A stretch of DNA of 63,371 bases, the filler included, from Lenisia limosa (Eukaryota; Protista; Breviatea): NCBI GenBank assembly GCA_001655205.1. It is 14 parts of 14 records of this genome, joined end to end, with 100 filler letters (N's around TTAATTAATTAA, not from the genome) between each part and the next. Parts side by side here need not be neighbours in the genome. Positions count along the whole stretch, not along the records: positions 1 to 3,844 come from LPNZ01006799.1; positions 3,945 to 7,442 come from LPNZ01008904.1; positions 7,543 to 9,545 come from LPNZ01002815.1; positions 9,646 to 11,088 come from LPNZ01002957.1; positions 11,189 to 12,320 come from LPNZ01001024.1; positions 12,421 to 22,066 come from LPNZ01006768.1; 8 more parts are not named here. One strand, 5' to 3'. Position 1 is the first letter of the stretch, and the number at the start of each line of letters is the position of its first letter. Positions 1 to 12,510 of the stretch are shown piece by piece. A program made the position numbers and the translations under genes. The notes under the pieces were generated by a model, which worked only from the letters and a program-made list of their open reading frames with translations, was not told the DNA's origin and made no database searches.

Positions 1-547
1 AGAGGCGATTCAGGAAAATTCCCGATTCTGTATTGCCGCAAGGAGCGGCTTTGGGGTTTTGAATATGCCTTTTTTTCTTCTTTTTTTTTCTCTTTTTTCT
101 TCTTCTTTTTTCAAGGGAACTATCTCAAGTATCTCACTGATAATAAGAACAAGAATGATGTTTTGATACATTTAAATGGAAAGACACATAATTCAAACAA
201 TGCTATACAAGTTGTATGAGTAATGACTAGGATTTTCTCTCCGGTCCGGAAAAAGATCGGTACTTTATAGAAATATGTCGATGATTTATCGAGGGTTTCA
301 GTAATTTTATACAATAGAAGGCTCCGCCCCCACCTCCCAGGTTATATATTAGGATTAGGGTAATTCATTTTTGAATCAACAGAATTTGAATGTACATATT
401 TATTTAATTTATTCAGCGATTTTTTGAATGAAAAAATATTATTGAGGATGATTTCCTCAATTAGATCAGGCTAACTTAGTGAAGCTGGAATTATTCAATC
501 GATATTTTTGGTGTCATAAATTTTCCAATTACACCCCCCCCCCCCAG

Positions 548-3500
548 GCGAAGCTATCGTCGCAATGGGCCAAATTAGACATTCCCTCTGAGGGGGAAAC
601 AGCCAGATCCAAGCTGAAGGACAAGTGGGAGGGGGGGGGGGNNNNNNNNNNNNNNNNNNNNNNNNNNNNNNNNNNNNNNNNNNNNNNNNNNNNNNNNNTA
701 TATCTAATGTTTATCTAGATATATATCTGTATATTATATGATATAGATTAACTATTCACCACACCCTCCCCCAGAGATGATTTTGGGCTATTTTTTTTTT
801 CTTTTATTCTCCCAATTTTACCCCCGTCCCCTAGGGTGCGGAAAGGCGTGCCGGATATTTCACGTCGGAAAGCGTACCAGGCCATGACGGGAGGTCTGGA
901 ACTCTATCTCAAGGAACCGCTGAACTACCGTGTGGCCTTGGAGACAGCTTTTAAGCCGGATGGTGGGGGGTATACTTGTTATTAGGGCTTCTCTACGCTC
1001 CCAAAAATGCTCAATTACTCGATAAATCCTCGAAAATTATCGATATTTTACTGGTCTTTTTCGGACCGTAGGGAAGCCCTACTGGTTATACTTTGTTTTT
1101 GGTTCGGAAGGAGGAGGAGGGTTATGTACAATGTTTATACACTTAAAGTCTGTCTGCACAGAGTTGTAAAGCAAATGATTGGGTGAATGAATATTATACT
1201 ATAATCCAATATCTCTTAAAAGCGTGATGGTGTTGACGGTTTCAGCCAGATAACCTTATTTTTTATGGCAATCGAATGCAGCGTCATCCCCATTTCCAGT
1301 CAACTTACCCCTATAGAAGGTGAATGCACTGAAGTCCCCGATACCTTTAATACCCCTCTACCCGACAACAATGGACCCAAAGTTTCCGAATCAGTGAGAG
1401 GTTATTGTTATTACTTCTTCACTTAAACAAAAGGCGGAATTCTTGATAAACCCTCGAGAAATCCTCGATAAACGCTTGATAAATCCTAGATAAATCCTCG
1501 ATAAATATCTGAGATTTTGCTGGTCTTTCGGATTAAAGGCCTAATTCTATAATATCGATATCGATGTTTATATCATATTATAATACTCTAATCCAATATC
1601 TCTTCTAGGCTAAGTGTGAAGGTGTAGACGATTTAGGCTTGATACTACATGTTACCCCCCCCCCCCTCNNNNNNNNNNNNNNNNNNNNNNNNNNNNNNNN
1701 NNNNNNNNNNNNNNNNNNNNNNNNNNNNNNNNNNNTTTTCCGATTTTACGAGTGATGGGATGCGGTGCTGCAGAAGCGACTGGTCTTTTTGTTGTTATCA
1801 ACCCTCGTGTGATGTCAGCCAACAGAGTTGATTTTGGGCTGGTGTTGTTTAATAAATTTAACTCCACCCTCCCGCAGGTTCTCTCATTCCTCACCCCGAC
1901 TGGACGAAGGTGCCTGCATCGTCTGTTGACCGTTTTCGAGAAGACCAACAATTGCCTGTCAAAATCCGCCTCAGTCCCGCATTTGGGTGTGCAGGGAGAG
2001 AGACACACACACAGAGAGAGAAAGAGAGAGAGACAGAGACACACACACAGAGAGAGAGAGAGAGATTTCTGGGGGCTGATCAAATGTCCCAGTGTTCTCC
2101 CCTATTATTAACTATTTTTGTCTCAGCTATTATCTCAATATTATTAATATTTCCAGCTGCCCTCCTCCTCTGCTATCTCAACGAGGTTGAGACCTACTAC
2201 ACGCTCTCATCCATCGCTGAGATGTCTACCGTTGACGGCTGGTATCTTCAGCTTGGTGATGAAAGTAACAGAGTGAGGGGGGCTTTCATTGTTATTTATG
2301 TGTGTGTATGTTGGGTGATATGTGTTGAGAGAGGGTTTTTTCATAAGTCTTCCATTTTAAAGGCTGGCTCGGGCTTGTTTTTGTGTTTGTGTTTTTGTCA
2401 AGTTTTAGCGTTGGTTGTTGCTCATGTTTGTATTGCTTGTTTTTTGTTTGTTTGGAGTTTCAGATTATTCGGTTCGNNNNNNNNNNNNNNNNNNNNNNNN
2501 NNNNNNNNNNNNNNNNNNNNNNNNNNNNNNNNNNNNNNNNNNNNNNNNNNNNNNNNNNNNNNNNNNNNNNNNNNNNNNNNNNNNNNNNNNNNNNNNNNNN
2601 NNNNNNNNNNNNNNNNNNNNAAACTTCCTGACGTCTTTAAACGTAGGAGGAATATGCCTGTTAAATATGCCTGGGTGTCTTGGTTGGATAGGGCTTCCCT
2701 ACAGTCCGAGAAAGACCATTTAAATATCGATATTTATCGAGGATTTATCGAGAGATTCGGTCTTTTTTGGGACCATAGGGAAGCGCTAGTAATATTCCTG
2801 TTAAATATGCCTGTTTATTTTGGTTGGAACGTAAGCGTAATACATATACAGTATATAGCAATGAGAAATAAAAACCAAGGTTGCATGGGTAATAGTATTT
2901 AATCATATCAAGATATTGGTAAAAATGCTTGAATATCCTCATCCATCCAGACCTCACTTTTTTTTTTTTTTCATTTCACCCCCCCCCCCCCCCCCNNNNN
3001 NNNNNNNNNNNNNNNNNNNNNNNNNNNNNNNNNNNNNNNNNNNNNNNNNNNNNNNNNNNNNNNNNNNNNNNNNNNNNNNNNNNNNNNNNNNNNNNNNNNN
3101 NNNNNNNNNNNNNNNNNNNNNNNNNNNNNNNNNNNNNNNNNNNNNNNNNNNNNNNNNNNNNNNNNNNNNNNNNNNNNNNNNNNNNNNNNNNNNNNNNTAG
3201 TTTTCCTGGAAAAATACAGTGAAGTTTTTTTTCAATTTTCCGTTTTACTCCCCCTCCCCAGACCTGTCATCATTGGGAGTGGAAGCCTCGGATTTCGGCA
3301 GTTCCTGGTTTGACGTTCTCTTCCTCCACACCTTCACACCAACCGTTGGCGGGACGGGGGAGGGGTATTGTAATTAGGGCTTCACTTTGGTATAAATCAA
3401 GACTGTTCACCGATAGATCCTCGAAAGCTATCGATATTTTGCCGGTCTTTTCACGGAAGTGAAGCCCTAATAATAATCATCATCATTACAGTAATCTTCA

Positions 3501-3844
3501 CCATCATTATATTAATGCGGGTCTGTGGGGGGTTAGGGCTTCACTTCTGTCCGAGCAATCGAGAAATTCAGTCCTTTTTCGAAACGAAGTGAGGTTCTTG
3601 GTATCATATTATTTTACTGCAAAGGGGGAGGGGGCTATTATCTATCAATAATGTGAATTATGTGGGAGGTGGAGGAGTAATAACTGACATGTGACCGACA
3701 TTTTTTCACCCCCCCCCCTCCTTTTATTTTTTTGCAAATAAAAAACGATGTTATGTGATCTCACGATCCAGGAAGCCTTCAGAGTGCTTGACACCTATCT
3801 CTCCGAGGGAACAAAGGTGCTCTATCGTGTTTCCCTCGCTCTTT
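548..3844 (+). CDS. TBC-domain Rab GAP (TBC1D24-like), multi-exon, partial at both ends
   Basis: Hand-spliced exons give VRKGVPDISRRKAYQAMTGG (about 836-960), VLSFLTPTGRRCLHRLL (1878-), AALLLCYLNEVETYYTL (2158-) and EAFRVLDTYLSEGTKVLYRVSLAL (3771-3844). These match the TBC hallmarks RKGIP..LR..W and R.WD.FL.EG.KVLYRVAL. Boundaries are GT-AG. Confidence 0.8.
983..1081. mobile_element. Family A MITE copy
   Basis: tagggcttctctacg ... cgtagggaagcccta, with a TA duplication. Confidence 0.8.
1749..1877 (+). repeat. Family D dispersed repeat (about 140 bp) ending in a C-run at a 3' splice site
   Basis: gagtgatgggatgcggtgctgcagaagcgactgg...tgtcagccaacagagttgattttggg...aaatttaactccaccctcccgcAG; about 14 full or partial copies. 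Confidence 0.8.
1996..2064. repeat. Compound (GA)n/(CA)n microsatellite
   Basis: Directly visible; intronic in the TBC gene. Confidence 0.9.
3375..3469. mobile_element. Family A MITE copy
   Basis: atTA-gggcttcact ... aagtgaagccc-TAat. Confidence 0.85.
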
Positions 3845-3888
3845 NNNNNNNNNNNNNNNNNNNNNNNNNNNNNNNNNNNNNNNNNNNN

Positions 3889-3900
3889 TTAATTAATTAA
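3889..3900. other. Artificial contig-joining spacer TTAATTAATTAA (first of 13)
   Basis: Identical 12-mer with stops in all six frames, flanked by about 44 N each side, at 3889, 7487, 9590, 11133, 12365, 22111, 27610, 29087, 38626, 55393, 57305, 58738 and 61795. Confidence 0.97.
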
Positions 3901-4055
3901 NNNNNNNNNNNNNNNNNNNNNNNNNNNNNNNNNNNNNNNNNNNNAAGAGATATTGGATTATAGTATAATATTAATTCACCCAACCAATGTTTGTATCCTG
4001 AGATTTTAAATATCAACTAGTTCTATTGTGTATTTTTAAAATAACGTGTACCCAC

Positions 4056-7000
4056 CCCTCCTACCACTATATCCGTGACTGCGGATTCCTCATCAACATC
4101 ATCAGGTTCTTCTTCCAGCGCGCAGCACTGGGGGTAAAGGGAAGATTTATGAAACAAAGAAGAACCCAAAATCAACTGTTGGGGGTGAAATGGAAAATTT
4201 ATCTCTGAGTGGGGGTCAAATTCTCCAAAAATCTCAAACAAGATGTTCAAATTATCCTATTCTTCAAAAAATAGAAACAAGCACATAAGACCTTGAACAC
4301 ACCCCTCCAGAACTAATATCAACCATCTAAAATATGAAAAGATGTCTTACCCCTAGGCTTCACTATGGTTCGAAAAAAAGACTAAATTGCTCGATGAATC
4401 CTCGAAAACTATCGATATTTTCTCAAACCAAGTTATCCTCCCTCCCCCTCTTACACTGCATAAGCATCCCGAGATCATGGCAAAGTCACCGGACCGCAGC
4501 TGGACCTTGACCAGTTCAGAGGGCCGACGGTTGCATTTGACACAAGGCTGGGGGGGGGGGGGNNNNNNNNNNNNNNNNNNNNNNNNNNNNNNNNNNNNNN
4601 NNNNNNNNNNNNNNNNNNNNNNNNNNNNNNNNNNNNNNNNNNNNNNNNNNNNNNNNNNNNNNNNNNNNNNNNNNNNNNNNNNNNNNNNNNNNNNNNNNNN
4701 NNNNNNNNNNNNNNNNNNNNNNNNNNNNNNNNNNNNNNNNNNNNNNNNNNNNNNNNNNNNNNNNNNNNNNNNNNNNNNNNNNNNNNNNNNNNNNNNNNNN
4801 NNNNNNNNNNNNNNNNNNNNNNNNNNNNNNNNNNNNNNNNNNNNNTCCGCCCCTCCCCCCCACATCAACTTTAACCCCATCTCTCACCCACAATCCAAAT
4901 AATTTGAAAATAAACAGCTTGAATAGCTACCAATTTTAGGGTCTCAGTTCAGTTCACAATCCCATTAGTAGCTCCCCCCACATCCGCTTTGGCAGTATCA
5001 TCGGTCACACCATGGCCATGCAGTGAGGTTTCAAAAAGCATGTCGTAATTCTGCTTTTCCTTCATTACGTCCGAAGTGAGGTTGAGGAAAACAGATTGGA
5101 GGGAAGGTGGGGACATACCCTATATGGTAACACAACTGTTTTGAATTGCCTTAAATGATAACGAAACGGATTTGACCTGCCTTATATGGTAATAAAACAG
5201 ATTTAACTTACCTTATGTATATCATAGCTATGTGGTAATAAAACAGTTGACAAGCATTGTTATGAAAACAATGGAATACATTTGCCCTATTTTGCGCATA
5301 CTTTAGGCATTCAATCCCCCCNNNNNNNNNNNNNNNNNNNNNNNNNNNNNNNNNNNNNNNNNNNNNNNNNNNNNNNNNNNNNNNNNNNNNNNNNNNNNNN
5401 NNNNNNNNNNNNNNNNNNNNNNNNNNNNNNNNNNNNNNNNNNNNNNNNNNGATTGAGGCCTTGTCGAGAGTCATAACTACGTTTTCTGGGGAGGGAACAG
5501 ATGTAAATTGGAAATTAATGAATCAAAAATAAGCTGAAAATAACCTATCAGCTGACAACACCGAAGGGTTCAGAACAACAAAACAAACAAAGACCAGGCC
5601 GGTCGCTTCGGCAGTACTGCATCCCATGGTGAAATTGAAGAATATTGGGGATAGGGATATGATACGAACCATAAGCAATAGCAACGCAATCAACCCCTAC
5701 CGGCAGTGTCAAAGTTGATGGTGGCAACTGGAAGCATCTAAAGGTTATTAGGAGAGCCTCACTTCAGTTCAAAAAAAAAAGTGTCATTAGGGCTTCAGTT
5801 ATGGTATCCCTGTTTCCCTAGATTTATAATGTAGCTATATGATATAAATACATTATGTAATTATTTCTCTTCTTTGTTTTTAAACAATTCCACTCACCCT
5901 ATCAATAACACGAAGCACGACGTCCTTTCTAGCCGGGTCCACTCCCAATGTCACGTTGTACTTGCCACCTGTTGGGGAGAGTAAATACGATGAAATGGAG
6001 GGGTGTGTGTTTATGTGAGTGTGTGGATCGAGAGAAAGAAAGTGGTCCAAAGAGGGAAAAAAGTGGGGCCAAATAGACGCACCACATACACAAACAAACA
6101 CATAATTTTGGTACCGTACAATTAATTACTGCAATTAATTTCAATTATCTTTATTTTGGAAAAATAACTATCAATAATTCAAACTCCACCCCGCGCGCAC
6201 CGTGGACGGATTTGAGCTCCAGAGGTGTTCCATGGCACCGCAGTCGCTGTCTCTNNNNNNNNNNNNNNNNNNNNNNNNNNNNNNNNNNNNNNNNNNNNNN
6301 NNNNNNNNNNNNNNNNNNNNNNNNNNNNNNNNNNNNNNNNNNNNGGGTTGATAACAAACAACCAAACAAAGCCCAGGCCAGTTGCTTCATTAGCACCGCT
6401 TGTTCAGAATATCTCCATTAACTGCGGTCAGATACAACAAACAGTCATCATAATCATAACTAGGGCTTCACTTTTTTAGTTCGAAAAAGACTTGAAAAAT
6501 ATTGGTAGTTTAGGATTTATCGATAAACACTATTTAACAAGTGAAGCTCTGATTATATCCCCTGAACTCCCCCAACATGCATCATTGCAACATTGTCGGC
6601 AAGGTTGTCAACTTCCTCCAAGATGTGCGTGGAGTAGAGAATCTGAAGAGTTTTGAAAATCAGTGCTTCCTACTGGACCGATGTTCAGGGAAGTGCCCAT
6701 GTTTCTTACATATAATACCCTCCATAACAACAACCCATATTGTTTAATTGTTAATAGTACCACCAGCTATTACCATTCTTAGCCCCCCTTACGGCGGCAC
6801 CCGCATCACGTCGGCGCAAGATGGCGTTGGCAACGACCTCGCGTACTTTCGGGTCAAGACCACTGTGAAGGTTAGAGTTTTGGAACGGGATAAAGTTCTG
6901 TTGGACTCCGTGTAAGTGTTTTAAGGAAATTAAGTCACAAAATTTGACAATAATGGAAGTTTTATGCCGGACTAGCAGAGAGTTCAAGGGATAAAGAACC

Positions 7001-7324
7001 AATGTTAAAGAATAGCTCAGACACAAACAGACAGAGCAAACAAAATTGACATTAAACTGTCTCAAATATGTAATAATTATCCTAATTATTGTAATGAGTC
7101 CTAACTATTAGATAAAAACGGTAGATTCGCATCGGTTTGAAAAAGTTCTGTCAAGTATCGAAAATTTCCGAGCTTTTATCGATAATTCAGTCTTTTTTCG
7201 AACCGAAGTGAAGCCCAAACAGTAACACACTCCCCTCTCTCCGACCTAGCAGCCTCATCCAGAATGAGTAACTCAGGATCACCGATCAGACAGATCGCAA
7301 TTGACATCCGCCGCCGCATTCCGC
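4056..7324 (-). CDS. ABC transporter, ABCA-like nucleotide-binding domain plus C-terminal region, partial
   Basis: Minus-strand exons: GMRRRMSIAICLIGDPELLILDEAA (signature + Walker B, 7324-7248), GLDPKVREVVANAILRRRDAGAAV, LYSTHILEEVDNLADNVAMMH (H-loop), RLRCHGTPLELKSVHGA, GKYNVTLGVDPARKDVVLRVID. Confidence 0.85.
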
Positions 7325-7542
7325 CTATGAAGGGTGTTATATCGCAATAGGATAACTGTATTTATATACTATGTATTATGTACATGTGTGAAAACGTGTA
7401 ATACATATTCTGCATTTGTACCTGAGAGTTGGCAAGCTCTCTNNNNNNNNNNNNNNNNNNNNNNNNNNNNNNNNNNNNNNNNNNNNTTAATTAATTAANN
7501 NNNNNNNNNNNNNNNNNNNNNNNNNNNNNNNNNNNNNNNNNN

Positions 7543-9308
7543 CACCTCCACGACCTGCTACCAAGTCCTTTGAAAGGGTCACAGCCGCTGAATCGGTATG
7601 CGTCAGGGCCCAGGACCCCCCACTGCAAACTGATGTGACCGTTGCAATCACCTAAACGGGATTTATTCCACCAGAAAAAATTTGACTTGCTCTTGCCAAA
7701 CATAATTCAAGTCAATTATATTTCAAAACAAGGTTTCAAATGGGAATATAATATAGAGATTTGGCTAATATGAGAGAGATTTGTAATCACGAAATCTATT
7801 AAAATGCGATTAATACGACAGGATAACTGGTGTGATAAAATATATAATTAAAAAAAATGTTGTGTAATAATATATCTAAAAAAGCGTTTAGATGTACATA
7901 TGATATAGTATTTATACATATAATGAAAAACAAGGTTGTATCTGGCCGAATCCGCCAAACCATCCGGCTTATAAGAAATATTGGATTATAATATAATATA
8001 AATTCACCCAATTATTTGCCTTACAACTCTGATGCGTGCCTCCCATATCATAAAAGCACCTACAGTGAACTCTATTAATCAAATGCCTTGTAAAATATCG
8101 ATGTTTATCGATGATTTATCGAGAATTCAGTCTATTTTTGGAACAGAAGCTCTTGGAAGGAAATAGTACAAATATTAATGTAACGTAAGCAAACCTGTAA
8201 CGTATTATTAGACAGCTCAGCGACAGTATCTCCAAAGCGATTGCGGGCTACAGCACGGATTTTGATAGTTTTCCCTGCGGTAACTTCTGAAAGTGGCTCA
8301 GAGGTCTGGAGAAGTTACCATGTTCCAAAGAGAAGTAAATAGGGTTTTGTCTGATAACAGATAAACATAAAAGCATACAATTGGTTTTGGAAATATAAAG
8401 CAACCAAAATTAAGACAAGTATTAAGTAAAAGCAGCATCTTCAAAAGAAAAAAAATACAATATACTATACATAATATGTATTGTATATTAACAAGTCCTC
8501 ACATCATATGCGTTAACCCATATCAAGAGCGATTTTGATCATATAACCGATTTTCAAGTCGAAATCACACCACTCACAAGAGCATCCACAATCGAGAACG
8601 TGGTTGAAGACGGAGACAATCCGGCCATAAACATGATGTAGTCGGGAGTAGTGGACTGGATGGGTTAGCAAAGAATCCTTCCTAGAGCTTCGGTTCCAAA
8701 AATAGAATCTCGATAAATCCTCAAAGGCGTTTGATTAGTAGAATTTCACTTTAGGTTCCAAATGACTGACAAAATATCGATATTGAAGATTTATCGAGAA
8801 TTCAGTCTTGTTTTTGGAACCGAAAGTGAAGCCCTAATCATTCCCCTCCTCAAGGGCTTCAATTGGGTTCGTAAAAAGACTAAAGTTTTCAATAAATCCT
8901 CAAAAACTATCGCTATATTACCGGGTTATTTTAAGTTGAAATGAAGCCCCCCATTCTTTGCTCACAATCCCCACTCTTCTAAAGGATGGCAGAGACTATC
9001 TAATAGTGTTTATAAATTCTAAACTCCGTGCAAATGATACAACATTGCCCCAGCGCTCCATGCAATATAACCATGCAATATAAAAATTGTGGTTTATTAT
9101 TATCAGAAAAATAATTCCTACCCCCCACCCCGCGTGTTGTCAGCCAACAGAGTTGATTTTGGGTTTTTTTGTTTGTTTCATAAATTTTCAATTTAACTCC
9201 TCCCTCCCCCGCACATTTGTATACCACCCCCTCAATGGTACGGGGTTAATTGTGCCAAGGCAATCAGCACCATAAGGGCAGTCTTTACACAGTCCAAGTG
9301 AACCATAT
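7543..9308 (-). CDS. Fragment of a large Cys-rich/Ig-like surface protein
   Basis: Exon YGSLGLCKDCPYGADCLGTINPVPLRGWYTN (CPxGAxC...GW motif) and exon VTAGKTIKIRAVARNRFGDT (filamin/Ig-like). Product is inferred only. Confidence 0.4.
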
Positions 9309-9645
9309 CTAAAGAGGATTAAACAGACGGTCTTGGCTATTTCGAGTAAATAATCTTGGTAATTGTTTTGCACTGTATTGCTAAACACACCAACTGTACA
9401 GTATATCATCATAAAATTAGGATTTCACTTCGGTACGGAAATATATCGAGTAATTCAGTCTATTTTCGAACCGAAGTGAAGCCCTAGGTATGAAAATATA
9501 GCTAACATTAGCTGTACTCCACCCCCCCCCCACTGGCCAATCGGGNNNNNNNNNNNNNNNNNNNNNNNNNNNNNNNNNNNNNNNNNNNNTTAATTAATTA
9601 ANNNNNNNNNNNNNNNNNNNNNNNNNNNNNNNNNNNNNNNNNNNN

Positions 9646-10918
9646 TGGGACAGCGTTGAAGAAGTCATCGGTATGTATAAGTACAGCTTCACTTCGTTTC
9701 GAAAAATGACTGAATTTCTCGATAAATCATCGATGACTATCGATATTTTACCTGTCTTTTTTCGGGCAATAGGGACGCCAATCTGGTGACTCATCATTGA
9801 GTTGTCACAATTTACAGATTTAGAGTCTTTTTGTTTTGGATTCCATACTATTATGAGAGCGAATTTAGCAGAAAATGTGAAACGTAGAGATACATATCAG
9901 ACTAAGAATTCCAAAAATAAGATAATAATACCGCTAGTAACTTCTTGATATTTACTTGATAAATATTGGGTCTGAATATTTGGGTCAATATGAAATTCTG
10001 CCGTTTCCAACAATACAGAAGCACCCTGAGATGTCGCCCTTCAAAGACATACTGCACAAGCACAAAATCCAAGAGATTCCATCTTTATCTTCGGGTGAAT
10101 GGGTGTTTGTTCCAATGAAAATTATCATAGTATACTCTCTGATGGAGAATAGGGTATTTAGTTACCCATTGCTATCTTTATCAATAATTTCCAAAGTAAC
10201 TCAGCACGTAGACAATTACAACGACTCCGAAAACCCCCGGGTACAGGGAACTCAGATCCCGCGGTACGGCACTGCTTCAAAAGAGTGGGCGGGTGATTTT
10301 GGCAGTTTATTTGGGTCCCATGCATTGCTCATTTTATTGGTTTCATTTCACTTTTCCTCATTGAGCAGTCACCCCAAAACGAAGACCAAGCTAAAGAAGC
10401 TCTTGACGTCTCCTCGCAGGTCGGCGTTTTTGTTACAACAAACAATGTTTAACTTGTGTATACTCGTTTTCAATTTGTTATATTGTAACATATCACGTGT
10501 TTATATTGCATTTCAATCCAATATCTCCTTTAAGCATGATGGTATGAACGGCTTCGGCAGATACATCCTTGTTTTATTTTGCATCTCTATCAAAAAAAGC
10601 ATATTGTAATGTATCAGACTCAACTGGATATGATTGTTGTTGAAATGGTGTAATAGTAGTCCTCGTTTCGGCTGATGTTTAAATGGTTTAATAGTAGTCC
10701 TTATTTCGTTTGATGTTTAAATGGTATAATACTAGTCCTCATTTCTTCTGATATTTAAATGGTGTAATACCTCATTTTGTCTGATATTTTAATACTCCGG
10801 CTCATTTCGTCTGATGTTGGATGTCGTGTCACCTCCTTAGACTTCAACCTCAAAACCAAAACATCCCCAAAATGCCCCCGATGGTTGGTTTAAACAATGG
10901 GTTCTCTACCCGGTGGTG
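9646..10918 (+). CDS. Uncharacterised protein, 3' part
   Basis: Phase-consistent exons KHPEMSPFKDILHKHKIQEIPSLSS / TQHVDNYNDSENPRVQGTQIPRYGTASK / HPKTKTKLKKLLTSPR / LQPQNQNIPKMPPMVGLNNGFSTRW*. No family recognised. Confidence 0.45.
10643..10820. repeat. Intronic minisatellite, about 38-bp unit x4-5
   Basis: Unit like atggtgtaatagtagtcctcgtttcggctgatgtttaa, repeated and degenerating towards the 3' end. Confidence 0.8.
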
Positions 10919-10947
10919 AAACACATTACTATTTCTCGTCAACTATA

Positions 10948-11028
10948 CAGTAACTGGGATAAGGCTTGACCGATTTGCAAAGTGATTATTTCTCAAGGAA
11001 AGTTGGTCAAGACTTATCCCGGTCACTG
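10948..11028. mobile_element. Family C MITE copy
   Basis: TA-cagtaactgggataagg ... cttatcccggtcactg-TA. Confidence 0.85.
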
Positions 11029-11424
11029 TATATATATACATACATACATGTATATATATAATAGTATATATGCTATGTATCTCTCTCCNNNNNNNNNNNN
11101 NNNNNNNNNNNNNNNNNNNNNNNNNNNNNNNNTTAATTAATTAANNNNNNNNNNNNNNNNNNNNNNNNNNNNNNNNNNNNNNNNNNNNGAACAATGGAGA
11201 CTTGAGGCTAAAGATGGTCAGATAGGACTAAGATATTATAATTTGTTGAGAACGAACTATACTCATTAAAAAAAGAACAATTATACACTATGTATGCACA
11301 TCATATATACTATTACATATTATATTATACTTAGGGCTTTATTACGGTCCGAAAAAGATCGAAGGATATATTGAGAAATTGTGTGTTAGTGATGAGTCAT
11401 CATCCAATTTAGCGAGGATGTTTC

Positions 11425-11860
11425 AGGTGTTGTATTCTTGACCATGCTCACCAAACCCCAAAACCCCCACCAAAGACAACAAATTGATGGTCTCCTTTAA
11501 CAAGCTTCACCGGGGGGTCGGAAGAGGCGAATGGCACCTTTGAGATAAAGAGAGAGACGGGGTGTACAATTGGAAAATTTATTGAACAAAAAAATAACAC
11601 AAAAAAGTCATACTCCCCTTCGTTTCGAAAAAAAGACTGAATTTCTCGATAAATCCTCGAAAACTATCGATATTTTACCAGACTTTTCGAAGCGAAGTGA
11701 ACCCCTCCGCCATCCCCAAATAAGCAATAATATCTCCATATTTCACCGCCAACTCCCTACCCAATTCGGGGAGTTCACCTCAAAGTACACGGCCTTGACG
11801 CCGACAAAAGCAGGGTTTTCACCCGTCTCATCTGTGCCGCACGTCAACAGCGATCCGTAG
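11425..11860 (-). CDS. Uncharacterised protein, 3' exons
   Basis: Phase-consistent exons YGSLLTCGTDETGENPAFVGVKAVYFEVNSPNW / VPFASSDPPVKLVKGDHQFVVF / EYNT*. Confidence 0.35.
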
Positions 11861-11880
11861 TCTAAGAAGTTAGGGAATGA

Positions 11881-12131
11881 AAGGGTCCGATCAATTAATT
11901 GAAAAATTAAGTGACATTTTTACGAGAACCCCAATTCATGTAATATATAAACATAACTTAATTAAATAGGAAAAAGCAAATAGCAAGAAATGGCTTAGAC
12001 CGATAGACCAAAAGCATAAGATTGAAATGGTACTCTGAATTTAGGAATAATTAGTACGGCAGTAATGAATAGGAAAACGCCTCATCCCAATTTTATCATT
12101 TCCTCAAAAGAAATGAATTGCACGGAGCCCT
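11881..12131. mobile_element. Family F TIR element (TA-GGGCTCCGTGCAATTAATTG ends), degenerate
   Basis: Right end gaattgcacggagccc-TA at about 12115-12132; degenerate left end gggtccgatcaattaattg; the same terminus recurs at about 28800-28880, 43648 and 54022. Confidence 0.5.
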
Positions 12132-12510
12132 AAATTTAACATAATTCAGTACTGTTGGAGTGTTGCGCTATTCTAAGAGACTACTAGATACTCAATAAAA
12201 ATGTTCAAATTGTGTTTGGGATTTACAATTTTAATCCTGAACCCACTTCAAATTTATACCCCCCACCCCACGCACCACCCAGGATAACGGTTATCCCATT
12301 CTCCGCAGTGAACACTTCGGNNNNNNNNNNNNNNNNNNNNNNNNNNNNNNNNNNNNNNNNNNNNTTAATTAATTAANNNNNNNNNNNNNNNNNNNNNNNN
12401 NNNNNNNNNNNNNNNNNNNNACTTTACTTGGGGAGGGGGGGGGATCAAGGTTTTTTGAAAGATAATATTATTTTCTTTCATTGATGAGCCCCCCAATTTA
12501 CCGTTTTTAG

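Noticed and set aside
1910-2902. 330-aa ORF as a membrane protein
   Set aside because: Mostly intronic microsatellite, T-rich sequence and N gap; only two short parts are TBC exons.
9956-10609. 217-aa continuous ORF as a single exon
   Set aside because: It reads through three GT-AG introns of low-complexity sequence; only parts are exonic.
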